From Fibrobacter sp. (GTDB taxonomy: Bacteria; Fibrobacterota; Fibrobacteria; Fibrobacterales; Fibrobacteraceae), in the NCBI GenBank assembly GCA_045221475.1, contig JBGUWV010000075.1, forward strand, positions 23,578-87,577: a stretch of 64,000 nucleotides of DNA, given 5' to 3'. The notes beneath the pieces were generated by a model. It was not told the DNA's origin, made no database searches, and saw only the letters and a list, made by a program, of their open reading frames with translations. A program made the translations under genes and the position numbers. Below are positions 28,146 to 36,956 of this stretch, in pieces (within the stretch, counting starts at the first letter, position 1; each line of letters opens with the position of its first letter).

Positions 28146-30098
28146 TCAAATTGTCGAGGGGCGGTAGCCGAGCAATTTCATGCTATAAAGTGCAGTGCCC
28201 TTGCTGATGCTGCGAACGCCTGTGGCGTAGCCGAAAATCTTGCGTAGCGGGACATCGGCTTTCAGGAAATGCGTCTTGCCGTCGCCACCGATTTCTTTCA
28301 CCTTACCGTCACGGGACTGAATGTCGCCAGTCACAAGGCCCGCGAAATTCACCGGGCATTCCAGCGACAATTCCATAATGGGCTCGTAAAGCTGTACATC
28401 GGCAGGCTTAATGAGTTTCGTGACAGCGTCGGCGCAAGCCTTCTTGATCATGGGCGGTAAAGCGCCTTCAGTCCAAGTGAATTCATGGACTTCAAAGCAA
28501 ACGCCTACAAGGGGGCCCTTGCCAAGCACACCGATTTCGGTTGATTCCAGAAGTGCAGAACGTACACCCGCCAAAATTTCGCGCGGCGCCGTTTCCAAGA
28601 ATTCTGCCGACAAGCGAATATCATGAGCATCGCCATCGAGCGGGCTCGCCGAAAGCTTTATCGAAATCTTATGCGGACCAAGCTGGAATGTATTTTCTAC
28701 CGGGCCCACATTACGGCACAGGCGTTCCTGCCAACGAACCTCCGGGCTCCCGGCTTTGACTTCGCAGCCGAATTCACGCTTGAGTCGGGCGAGCAATACA
28801 TCAAGCTGCACTTCGCCCACGGTATGCAGGTACCAGAATCCGCCATCGTCCTTTTGCACGTGGAAAGAGGGGTCCATGCGGGCAAGGACATTCAAGCTCT
28901 TTTCCACATGATGATAATCTTCGGCGCCCAAGCATTCCACGCGAGTTTGCAAGAGCGGCTGGTACTTGTCGCGAATCGAAGGTTTCGTTTCATCTTCTTC
29001 ACAAGAAGGAATCGAGCCATCCAACGATATCACCTGTCCGAGTTCCGTTTCAAAGGGGCTGCGCATGGCGTAAATATCGCCGGAGCGGATTTCGTCGACA
29101 GGCTGCAACAAGTTTGCTTTCAAACGTGAGAATTCAAAACCCGCAGGCCATTCCTTGCGTTCCATATTCGTATGACTACGGAACAGCGAGATTTCGCCCA
29201 CGCCTTTAAAATGTCGCAGTCGAATAACTTGGCCTAATTCATTGTCTGCAAATTCAGACACATCGGGCAAGAAGAACGAAAGCGCCGTCGTCAAGCTACG
29301 CACACCGAAACCTTCGATGGCCGAGCCTGCATAGCAAAGCGCATAGTCGCTATTCTTCGCCAGTTCCTTGAGTCCGCGCAAAAGCGTCTTGGGAGGAACC
29401 GGTTTTCCTTCGAGAGCAAGCTGCAAAACTTCATCATCAAAGTTGCTCGCGAATTCCACCGCTTCGGCGTAATGTTTCTTGATTTTCTCAGTGGAATCAC
29501 TCACCTCGCCCGATTGCGGCCAAGAATCGTCTACAATTTCTTCGCCCGAATCCGAATGAATCAGGCGGCTTTTGCTAAGCACATCGAGCACGCCCGACAT
29601 GCGTCCACCCTTGTATTCCGGGAGCGTCATGAGTACCGGGCGCACGCCCAGAACTTCTTCGATGTTAATCAGTGTTTCGTCAAGGGAATAATCGGGGTTG
29701 TCGAGCTTATTGACAAACAAAATCGTCCGCACGCCCGCTTCGCGCAGTTTACGGAAGGCGGCCACCGTTTGCGTTTCCACTCCGCTCGCGGCACTCACCA
29801 CAAGCACCGCGCCCTCGACGGCTGTCAGCGCCGTGTCGACTTCGGCACCAAAATCTACATGGCCCGGGGTATCGATAAAATTGAACCAGGTGTTCTTCCA
29901 TTCGAAATGCGCCACGCCGCTTTCAATGGTAATGCCGCGCTCTTTTTCTTCGGGCATGTAGTCCATGGTGGCAAGGCCTTCTTCTACCTTGCCCGGCCGG
30001 CGAACCTCGCCCGCCGCAAAAAGAATACGCTCCGAAAGAGTTGTCTTTCCGGCATCCACGTGGGCAAGGATTGCGATATTTCGAACAGGCTGAGTCAC
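28146..30098 (-). CDS. Divergent elongation factor G-like translational GTPase
   Basis: AHVDAGKTT, RGITI, DTPGH, NKLD; GEVQLD in domain III; LYEPIM in domain V. Confidence 0.88.
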   Translation of the reverse strand: MTQPVRNIAILAHVDAGKTTLSERILFAAGEVRRPGKVEEGLATMDYMPEEKERGITIESGVAHFEWKNTWFNFIDTPGHVDFGAEVDTALTAVEGAVLVVSAASGVETQTVAAFRKLREAGVRTILFVNKLDNPDYSLDETLINIEEVLGVRPVLMTLPEYKGGRMSGVLDVLSKSRLIHSDSGEEIVDDSWPQSGEVSDSTEKIKKHYAEAVEFASNFDDEVLQLALEGKPVPPKTLLRGLKELAKNSDYALCYAGSAIEGFGVRSLTTALSFFLPDVSEFADNELGQVIRLRHFKGVGEISLFRSHTNMERKEWPAGFEFSRLKANLLQPVDEIRSGDIYAMRSPFETELGQVISLDGSIPSCEEDETKPSIRDKYQPLLQTRVECLGAEDYHHVEKSLNVLARMDPSFHVQKDDGGFWYLHTVGEVQLDVLLARLKREFGCEVKAGSPEVRWQERLCRNVGPVENTFQLGPHKISIKLSASPLDGDAHDIRLSAEFLETAPREILAGVRSALLESTEIGVLGKGPLVGVCFEVHEFTWTEGALPPMIKKACADAVTKLIKPADVQLYEPIMELSLECPVNFAGLVTGDIQSRDGKVKEIGGDGKTHFLKADVPLRKIFGYATGVRSISKGTALYSMKLLGYRPSTI

Positions 30099-30104
30099 GA
30101 CGCC

Positions 30105-30452
30105 CTACTTTTTCAATTGTTCTTCAAGAGCGGCTACACGTTGCGACAATTCGGCACAAAGCTTTTCAAGCGCATCCAATCGGGCATCGTGTTCACGGTC
30201 CTTTTCCGATTGGCGATGCAGTTCCGAATCCTGCATCTTGTTGACGCTGTCTACGGAATTCAGGCGGAAATCGTGTTCCGCATCCTTGGCTACCTGGGCC
30301 TTTAATCTAAAATCCTGCTCGCGTTCCTTACTGTATAAGGCGTCAATGCGAACATCATGTTCGTCATCCTTTTCTTTTTGCATGTCCAGGCGTGCGTCAT
30401 GTTCCTGGTCTTTACGCTGCAGCTCGCGGATGCGTTCTTCATCAAGACTCAT
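30105..30452 (-). CDS. Coiled-coil protein with 14-aa repeats
   Basis: Six KDxEHDxRLD-type units; GAGG RBS. Confidence 0.75.
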   Translation of the reverse strand: MSLDEERIRELQRKDQEHDARLDMQKEKDDEHDVRIDALYSKEREQDFRLKAQVAKDAEHDFRLNSVDSVNKMQDSELHRQSEKDREHDARLDALEKLCAELSQRVAALEEQLKK

Positions 30453-30486
30453 GGTAACCTCGGGTGAAAGGATTTACATAGTTAAT

Positions 30487-30732
30487 TTAGTAATTCTCGT
30501 CTAGCGTGAGCTCGTTCGCGACCGCCTCTTGCTTGCGTTCGGCTGTCGCATCAAGCGCCTCGGCATGCCCGCGGAGCGCCGCAAACGGGTGGAAAATCTT
30601 CGCACGGTCTTCCATGCTCATACGCGGATGCTTGATTAGAAAATTCCAATCGTTCTGCGGATACGGCAAATCGATAATGTCGCTATAGTCAAAATTAGGC
30701 ACGATGTCCTCCGATTTGTCCGTTGCGTTCAA
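30487..30732 (-). CDS. Small partner of the Y-family polymerase (YolD-like N-terminal fragment)
   Basis: YSDIIDLP...HPRMS..DRAKIF.PFAAL.G; overlaps the polymerase 3' end; start uncertain. Confidence 0.7.
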   Translation of the reverse strand: MNATDKSEDIVPNFDYSDIIDLPYPQNDWNFLIKHPRMSMEDRAKIFHPFAALRGHAEALDATAERKQEAVANELTLDENY

Positions 30733-32080
30733 TGGTGGTAGCGCCCTCTTGCAAATCCATTCCCTTCACAATGGCATTCTTGCCAAAACGCTTCTTGATG
30801 AGGAGCTCCGCTTTTAGGCGTTTCTTTTCTCGCTCCTGTTTTTTCACATCGGTAAACAAGTCATACTGTTCGTGGCTTGCATCCACAATGTCGGCGGCAA
30901 CCAAATTCAAACGACGCACCGTTAATTTCGGGTCTACAATGCGGTCAAAAAGTTTCATGACCGCATCCGCTATCACTTTTTGTGAGCTGGTATAATAACC
31001 AATGTTTGCCGTACCATGTGCAGGTTTCGGAATCGTACGCCCGTAAAAGTCCGTTACGGTTACGCCGTGGTAAATTCCCTTATCTACGTTTTCGCGGTCG
31101 TAACCCACCGTGAGCACCATGGCGTTTGTCACCAAGTCGTGGGCAACCAATGTCATCGAAACCGTATCGACCATTTCGCGCACCACAAGCCGCGCCTTGT
31201 CAAACGGATACGGATCTTGCAACACTTGGCCTTCGCCCGTACTTCTGTTCCGCGGTTTCGCCTTCTTGATGTCTGCAATCGTGCAAGGCTCGTAACCCCA
31301 GGCATGGTCAATCAGAATCTCTGCGTTTACGCCAAACAGCTTGTACAATGCTTCGGGATTCTTGACACTTACGCGGGCAATGTCACCCATTGTATAAATG
31401 CCGCGCCCCGCATTCAGTCTGCAATTTTCAAGACGCTCCGCAATACCGCGGCCTACTTGCCAAAAACTCGTAATCGGCCTGTGCGACCAAAGCTGTTTGC
31501 GGTAAGTCATCTCGTCAAGTTCTGCGATGCGCACGCCATCGGCGTCCGCCTCCACGTGCTTCGCCATCACATCCATCGCAATCTTGCAAAGGTACAAGTT
31601 CGTACCGATGCCGCCCGTAGCAGTGATTCCTGTGGTCGTAAAGACATCCTGGATAATCGTCTTCACCAATTCGCGGGCAGTCTTTTTATAAAGCTTCAAG
31701 TACCGAGTCAAATCCAAAAAGCATTCGTCAATCGAATACGCGTGAATATCTTCGGCACTTACATACTTCAGATAAACATTGTAGACTTTCGTGGAATATT
31801 CCACGTACTTCGCCATTTGCGGTTTTGCGATGGTGAATTCAATCTTTTCGCCCGTACGCCGCTGTACTTCACGCACTTTCTGGTTTACTTCGAAAAGTCG
31901 TGCACGACCGGGGATTCCGTATGCCTTTAACGCAGGGGTCACCGCTAGACAAATTGTCTTTTCAGTACGGCTCTCGTCAGCCACCACCAATTTTGCCTTT
32001 AATGGATCGAGTCCCCGGAGAATACATTCTACCGAAGCAAAGAACGATTTAAGGTCAATGGCGGCGTAAGTGCGTCCCAC
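30695..32080 (-). CDS. Y-family DNA polymerase (UmuC/DinB-like)
   Basis: AIDLKSFFASVEC, YSIDECFLD, GIGTNLYLCK, C-terminal RFGKNAI...QIGGHRA. Confidence 0.93.
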   Translation of the reverse strand: MGRTYAAIDLKSFFASVECILRGLDPLKAKLVVADESRTEKTICLAVTPALKAYGIPGRARLFEVNQKVREVQRRTGEKIEFTIAKPQMAKYVEYSTKVYNVYLKYVSAEDIHAYSIDECFLDLTRYLKLYKKTARELVKTIIQDVFTTTGITATGGIGTNLYLCKIAMDVMAKHVEADADGVRIAELDEMTYRKQLWSHRPITSFWQVGRGIAERLENCRLNAGRGIYTMGDIARVSVKNPEALYKLFGVNAEILIDHAWGYEPCTIADIKKAKPRNRSTGEGQVLQDPYPFDKARLVVREMVDTVSMTLVAHDLVTNAMVLTVGYDRENVDKGIYHGVTVTDFYGRTIPKPAHGTANIGYYTSSQKVIADAVMKLFDRIVDPKLTVRRLNLVAADIVDASHEQYDLFTDVKKQEREKKRLKAELLIKKRFGKNAIVKGMDLQEGATTIERNGQIGGHRA

Positions 32081-32087
32081 GTTTTTC

Positions 32088-33464
32088 TTACCTGTATTTT
32101 AATTCAGGATGCTCGGCGTAGAAAGAATTTTTATCGACATACATCCGTTCGTCTGCAATATGCATGGCCCTACGAACATCGGGTTCTCCGTAACACGTAC
32201 CGATGGAGAAACGTACATTTTCGGACAGTTTTGCCATTGTGCGTATTTTGGCCACACGGGTATTCAACTCGTCTTCAGTGACGTTCGAAACGAGTACCAT
32301 GAATTCGTCGCCACCGGCACGGTATACGTCTTCTTCCGGGAAAACGTATTGTAAAATTTCTGCCGCTGCACGCAATACCTTGTCGCCAGAGATGTGTCCC
32401 TGGTCATCGTTCATGCGCTTCAGTCCGTTCAGGTCGGCAAAAATAACCGCATCAGGCGTGGGTTTGCGCCCTGCTACGATTTGGTCAATGCGGTTGTTCA
32501 TTACGTTACGATTTTTTACGCCGGTAAGCGAATCGACCGTACTCATAACCTGAAGCTTGTTCAAAAGGAGATAACTTGAAATTTCGGACGCGATAAGGAA
32601 TGTCGTGACTTCAAGAGTTTCCTTTATCTTCAGCGTATCATTGACGTTAAAATTAACCGTCCACAAGTAACCCAGTAATTCGCCACTATGCCGCAGCGGG
32701 AAAAGTACAATCGTCTTTACGCCGGAAAGGTCAAGCATCGATCCCCAAATTGGATTTGCCAGGCGTAGCTTTTCCATGTCACGTTCATCTTTTACGATAA
32801 TGCAGGTGCTGCCGGCAAGCGTTTCTGGCCATGTTTCTGCAATCGCGTAAAAGCCTTCAACGTATCGCGACATAGGCTTTATTTTTAGACCGTCGCGAAT
32901 CGATTCCGCAAAAATAGAACACTCGCGATTTTCAGCATCGGTGAGCAAAATGCAGCAATGGTCGGAATCACAAGATTTGCGGATATCTTCGACGACTTCT
33001 TGAAAAGTCTGCTTGACATTATCTGTACCACGCAGCTTGATGCAAGCCTTGAGAACGTTCGTAGCGGTTTCTGCAGAAAGGTCTGCCATTGCCGAGGAAT
33101 CTGCTTTGGGAGTTACATCGTAACAGTAGACGCAGTAGCCGATATTTTCGCAGTCGGAATCCAGCGGCATCAGGAACATGTTCAGCCAGAGACCCATCAT
33201 GTAGAGGTCGACGTAGGCGTGGAGCGGCTTGCCTGATTGTATACAGCGGAAGCAGTGGTCTTCGAAATTCTGGTTCTTCGGAAAGCACATTTCGTATGGT
33301 GAACCCGGCACAAATGGAGTGTGTCTCAAGGCCTCCATATCATCACAATGTGCCTTATTTCCTGCCACAACACGGATATTCCCGTAAGATCCGTCCGGGA
33401 ACAGTTCCACGGACATTACACAGGCTTTTGCCTTATAATGTGACAGAATCTTGTCGAAATCCAT
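32088..33464 (-). CDS. Diguanylate cyclase with a GAF-like domain
   Basis: DSLTGVKNR, DLNGLKRMND..GH..GD, YRAGGDEF. Confidence 0.92.
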   Translation of the reverse strand: MDFDKILSHYKAKACVMSVELFPDGSYGNIRVVAGNKAHCDDMEALRHTPFVPGSPYEMCFPKNQNFEDHCFRCIQSGKPLHAYVDLYMMGLWLNMFLMPLDSDCENIGYCVYCYDVTPKADSSAMADLSAETATNVLKACIKLRGTDNVKQTFQEVVEDIRKSCDSDHCCILLTDAENRECSIFAESIRDGLKIKPMSRYVEGFYAIAETWPETLAGSTCIIVKDERDMEKLRLANPIWGSMLDLSGVKTIVLFPLRHSGELLGYLWTVNFNVNDTLKIKETLEVTTFLIASEISSYLLLNKLQVMSTVDSLTGVKNRNVMNNRIDQIVAGRKPTPDAVIFADLNGLKRMNDDQGHISGDKVLRAAAEILQYVFPEEDVYRAGGDEFMVLVSNVTEDELNTRVAKIRTMAKLSENVRFSIGTCYGEPDVRRAMHIADERMYVDKNSFYAEHPELKYR

Positions 33465-33541
33465 ACCAGCTTGTCCTCCTGCGACATTTCTTTTTCATAG
33501 ATAATTTAAAAAGATTTTGAAGGGGCAAAATACTGTTTTGG

Positions 33542-34585
33542 TTATTCCCGATGCTCGTACAGATACAAATTCGCTTCAGGTACGGCTAGGTCTGAACCCT
33601 TGATTTTCCATACGTCGTCTTCCCCTGTGCGGTACTTTACTACGATGCGGTAATGATTGTCTGTCTGCAGCACTTCTTGGGGAACCGTCCAGAAATTCTC
33701 GGTGCCTACGACCATTTCAAGAACATGGACATCGTCTGTATCGATACCGTAAATGATCATGGATTTCACCATGTCCTTGGGGTTGCGTACATGAATAATG
33801 CTCCAGAATTCGCTGGCGCCTTCTTTGACCCAGATCGAAGTGGAATCACCCCATACGCCTTCGACGCCTTCGCAACTTACAAATTCCCATTCGCCGGAAT
33901 AACGTCCTACTTGAATTCCCATGATATCAGAGGCTGGAGCGCCGCCCAGATCTACGCCGCAATTCGCATCGGGGCACCGGTCGGTAATGCGTACGGTCAC
34001 TTCTTTCCAGCCGTCAGGCGTTTTCGCTTTTACATGCACGCAACCGCCACACGCGGCGCCACCGTTCCATGGTCCTTTGTCATCTCCTGGCGATACGTTC
34101 ACATGGATTGCGGCATAGTATTGGATATTTGTTTGTCCGTAATTGCAGGCACCACCGAGACTCGTTTCTTTTTCGGTAATGCTTCCGTAAGTGGTAATGG
34201 AGCCCTTGCCGCCGTTTTCGGTGAGTTCCGGGTCTGCGGCGGTAAAGCTATCGCAAGAGGTACATTTCCCGTCATCGCTGCTGTTGATTGTTGCGGATTC
34301 GCTGCTGGACTGGGGAGAATCTTCTGCAGAACTGGAACTTGAAATTTCTTCTACAGAACTGGAGCTAGGAACTTGTTGCGAACTCGACGAAGTGGACGTT
34401 ACGGACGATTTCCCTTCGGTTGCAGAACTTGATAGGCTGGCTTTGGCGGAACTGGACGAGCTGTTATCGGCTTGCGAACTTTCCGTTGCAATTACATTGG
34501 CGCTGGATGCGGAATCGTCTGTGCAACCGATAAGAGGCGCTATCATCAGTGTGCTTAGACAAAAGGCGAGGGCAAGATTTCTCAT
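33542..34585 (-). CDS. Expansin-like lipoprotein (Ser-rich linker, DPBB, CBM63-like)
   Basis: Lipobox LIGC; GGACNYG, YAAI, GAACGGCV, ITDRCP, VDL, WEFVSC, KEGASEFW...VRN. Confidence 0.8.
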   Translation of the reverse strand: MRNLALAFCLSTLMIAPLIGCTDDSASSANVIATESSQADNSSSSSAKASLSSSATEGKSSVTSTSSSSQQVPSSSSVEEISSSSSAEDSPQSSSESATINSSDDGKCTSCDSFTAADPELTENGGKGSITTYGSITEKETSLGGACNYGQTNIQYYAAIHVNVSPGDDKGPWNGGAACGGCVHVKAKTPDGWKEVTVRITDRCPDANCGVDLGGAPASDIMGIQVGRYSGEWEFVSCEGVEGVWGDSTSIWVKEGASEFWSIIHVRNPKDMVKSMIIYGIDTDDVHVLEMVVGTENFWTVPQEVLQTDNHYRIVVKYRTGEDDVWKIKGSDLAVPEANLYLYEHRE

Positions 34586-34647
34586 ATATTGGAATATACC
34601 TAATTTTTTTATATTAAGTATCGGATAGCCCAGGGAGGATTTGAGAT

Positions 34648-34857
34648 ATGCAAGATTCAACACCTAAAACAGATTCTCATATTGAGAAACAAGACGCTGG
34701 CTTGCAAACAGAAAATTTACTGGCGAAAAAAGAGAGGGCCGAACGCATTAAGAAAATGCGCGGGTGGCTATCTCCCCGCGATACCGTAGCAGATGATTTC
34801 GGCCCTGAAGATGCGGCCCTGTATTACGGCGAAGGGCATAACGGCTGGAACCGCTAA
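34648..34857 (+). CDS. Small hypothetical protein (69 aa)
   Basis: GGGAGG RBS; followed by a terminator. Confidence 0.55.
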   Translation: MQDSTPKTDSHIEKQDAGLQTENLLAKKERAERIKKMRGWLSPRDTVADDFGPEDAALYYGEGHNGWNR

Positions 34858-34867
34858 TGTTTAAATG

Positions 34868-34903
34868 AAAAAAAATCCCTCGGCATTGGCCGGGGGATTT
34901 TTT
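34868..34903. terminator. Bidirectional intrinsic terminator
   Basis: aaaaaatccctcggc-attg-gccgggggatttttt. Confidence 0.8.
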
Positions 34904-35010
34904 AGATTGCTTCGCTTCGCTCGCAATGACGTGGGAGCCGAGTGCAGCAGGAATGCTTGCATTCCTATTGCCGAGGCGAACCAGTCATGCGCTTTGCGCA
35001 ATGACGTGGG
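34904..35010. repeat. Composite REP-like palindrome cluster downstream of ahcY
   Basis: agattgcttcgcttcgctcgcaatgacgtggg, then the palindrome aggaatgc-tt-gcattcct, then a second cgcaatgacgtggg. Confidence 0.7.
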
Positions 35011-35020
35011 GGTGGCGCGA

Positions 35021-36481
35021 TTAATAGCGGTAGTGGTCAGCCTTGTACGGGCCTTCCACAGGCACGCCGATGTAGTCGGCCTGGGCCTTGGTGAGGGTCG
35101 TCAGGTGAACGCCGAGCTTTTCGAGGTGGAGGCGAGCGACCTTTTCGTCGAGGATTTTCGGGAGCGTGTACACGACACCGCTTTCGTACTTGATGCCAGC
35201 GACAGTCTGCTTGCCCTGAGCGTTGAGCCAGAGGTCGATCTGAGCGATGGTCTGGTTCGTGAAGCTTGCGCTCATCACGAAGCTCGGGTGGCCGGTAGCG
35301 CAGCCGAGGTTCAGCAGGCGGCCTTCAGCAAGGATAAGGATGCTGTGACCGTCGGCGAAAATCCATTCGTCGTACTGCGGCTTGATTTCGTTGCGCTTGA
35401 TGCCCGGAATCTTCTTGAGGCCGGCCATGTCAATTTCGTTGTCGAAGTGACCGATGTTACCCACGATAGCGCGGTTCTTCATCTTTTCCATCTGGGCGGC
35501 GCTGATGATGCCGGTGTTACCGGTGGTGGTCACGAAGATGTCGGCGTAGCTAACGACTTCGTCGAGGGTCTTGACTTCGTAGCCTTCCATTGCGGCCTGC
35601 AGAGCGCAAATCGGGTCGATTTCAGTGATGATCACGCGAGCGCCCTGACCACGCAGAGACTGGGCGCAGCCCTTACCCACGTCGCCGTAGCCGCAAACCA
35701 CAGCAATCTTACCAGCCATCATCACGTCGGTGGCACGGTTGATGCCGTCGATCAAGGAGTGGCGGCAGCCGTAGAGGTTGTCGAACTTGGACTTGGTCAC
35801 GGAATCGTTCACGTTGATTGCCGGGAACTTCAGACGGCCAGCCTGGGCCATCTGGTAAAGGCGATGCACGCCGGTCGTAGTTTCTTCGGAAACGCCCTTC
35901 AGAGCTTCGCGGGCGCGGGTCCACTGCTTCGGATCCTTCTCGAAAATCTTACGGCAGGTAGCGAGGAACACGCCCCATTCTTCGCTGTCGGTAGCCGGGT
36001 TGAATTCGGGCACCTTGCCGGCGTCTTCGAATTCAGCACCGCAGGTCACGAGCATGGTAGCATCGCCACCGTCGTCCACGATCAGGTCAGGAGTCTTGCC
36101 GTCGGGCCACACGAGCGCGCGGGCGGTGTTTTCCCAGTAGTCTTCCAAGGATTCACCCTTCCAGGCGAACACAGGCACGCCCTGCGGATTTTCTACAGTG
36201 CCCTTCTTGCCCACCACCACGGCGGCAGCAGCGTTGTCCTGCGTACTGAAAATGTTGCAGCTCACCCAGCGCACGTCGGCGCCGAGATCCACGAGCGTTT
36301 CGATGAGGATAGCGGTCTGCACGGTCATGTGGAGGCTACCCATAATACGGGCACCAGCGAGCGGCTTCTTGCCTGCATATTCCTTGCGGAGAGCCATCAG
36401 GCCCGGCATTTCGGTTTCGGCGAGGTCGAGTTCCTTGCGGCCTTCAATCGCAAGGTTAATGTCCTTAATTTTGTATTCCAT
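35021..36481 (-). CDS. ahcY: Adenosylhomocysteinase
   Basis: [49 protein letters not shown]. Confidence 0.98.
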   Translation of the reverse strand: MEYKIKDINLAIEGRKELDLAETEMPGLMALRKEYAGKKPLAGARIMGSLHMTVQTAILIETLVDLGADVRWVSCNIFSTQDNAAAAVVVGKKGTVENPQGVPVFAWKGESLEDYWENTARALVWPDGKTPDLIVDDGGDATMLVTCGAEFEDAGKVPEFNPATDSEEWGVFLATCRKIFEKDPKQWTRAREALKGVSEETTTGVHRLYQMAQAGRLKFPAINVNDSVTKSKFDNLYGCRHSLIDGINRATDVMMAGKIAVVCGYGDVGKGCAQSLRGQGARVIITEIDPICALQAAMEGYEVKTLDEVVSYADIFVTTTGNTGIISAAQMEKMKNRAIVGNIGHFDNEIDMAGLKKIPGIKRNEIKPQYDEWIFADGHSILILAEGRLLNLGCATGHPSFVMSASFTNQTIAQIDLWLNAQGKQTVAGIKYESGVVYTLPKILDEKVARLHLEKLGVHLTTLTKAQADYIGVPVEGPYKADHYRY

Positions 36482-36511
36482 GTTAATATATCCTTTTCAA
36501 AAATTCTTATT

Positions 36512-36537
36512 TATGCATAAATATAGTTATATGCATA
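36512..36537. promoter_or_regulatory. Candidate operator upstream of ahcY
   Basis: TATGCATA-N10-TATGCATA, about 30 bp before the start codon. Confidence 0.4.
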
Positions 36538-36558
36538 TAAAGCGTCAACTCCATCTGA

Positions 36559-36590
36559 CAAAAAAAATCCCCGACCGAGGTCGGGGGATA
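36559..36590 (-). terminator. Intrinsic terminator after the STAS gene
   Basis: aaaaaaaatccccgacc-ga-ggtcgggg; the A-run gives the U-tail on the minus strand. Confidence 0.75.
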
Positions 36591-36625
36591 AGCCTTGCGA
36601 ACGGTTGTCCTAATAAATATATCGA

Positions 36626-36922
36626 TTACTCGATGGTCAGAATGTCGCAGAAACCGGTCACTTCGAAGATTTCCTTGATGGCAGAACTTGCGTTCTTGAC
36701 GACCATGGAACCTTGCTTGTTCATGACTTTCTGGGCCATGAGCAGAATACGGAGTCCTGCAGAAGAAATGTAGTCGAGTTTCTTGAAGTCGAATACCAGC
36801 GATTTCACGCCATCGAGCTTGCCTTGGATTTCGGCATCGAGCTGCGGGGCGGTCAGTGTATCCAAGCGACCTTCAAGTGCGATGGTCAACTTATCGTTTT
36901 CGATTGTCTTGTTGATCTGCAT
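36626..36922 (-). CDS. STAS-domain anti-sigma factor antagonist
   Basis: GRLDTLTAP, LDYISSAGLR, IFEVTGF. Confidence 0.95.
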   Translation of the reverse strand: MQINKTIENDKLTIALEGRLDTLTAPQLDAEIQGKLDGVKSLVFDFKKLDYISSAGLRILLMAQKVMNKQGSMVVKNASSAIKEIFEVTGFCDILTIE

Positions 36923-36956
36923 AATTTTTCCCTCTTTCTCTAAAATTTACAAAAGT

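Noticed and set aside
28146-30098. Calling the GTPase tetM/tetQ or fusA
   Set aside because: It lacks the diagnostic domain IV loops of both, so no symbol was assigned.
34860-35015. Possible mini-CRISPR
   Set aside because: Only two 14-bp partial repeats, no regular spacers and no cas genes; better explained as REP-like elements.
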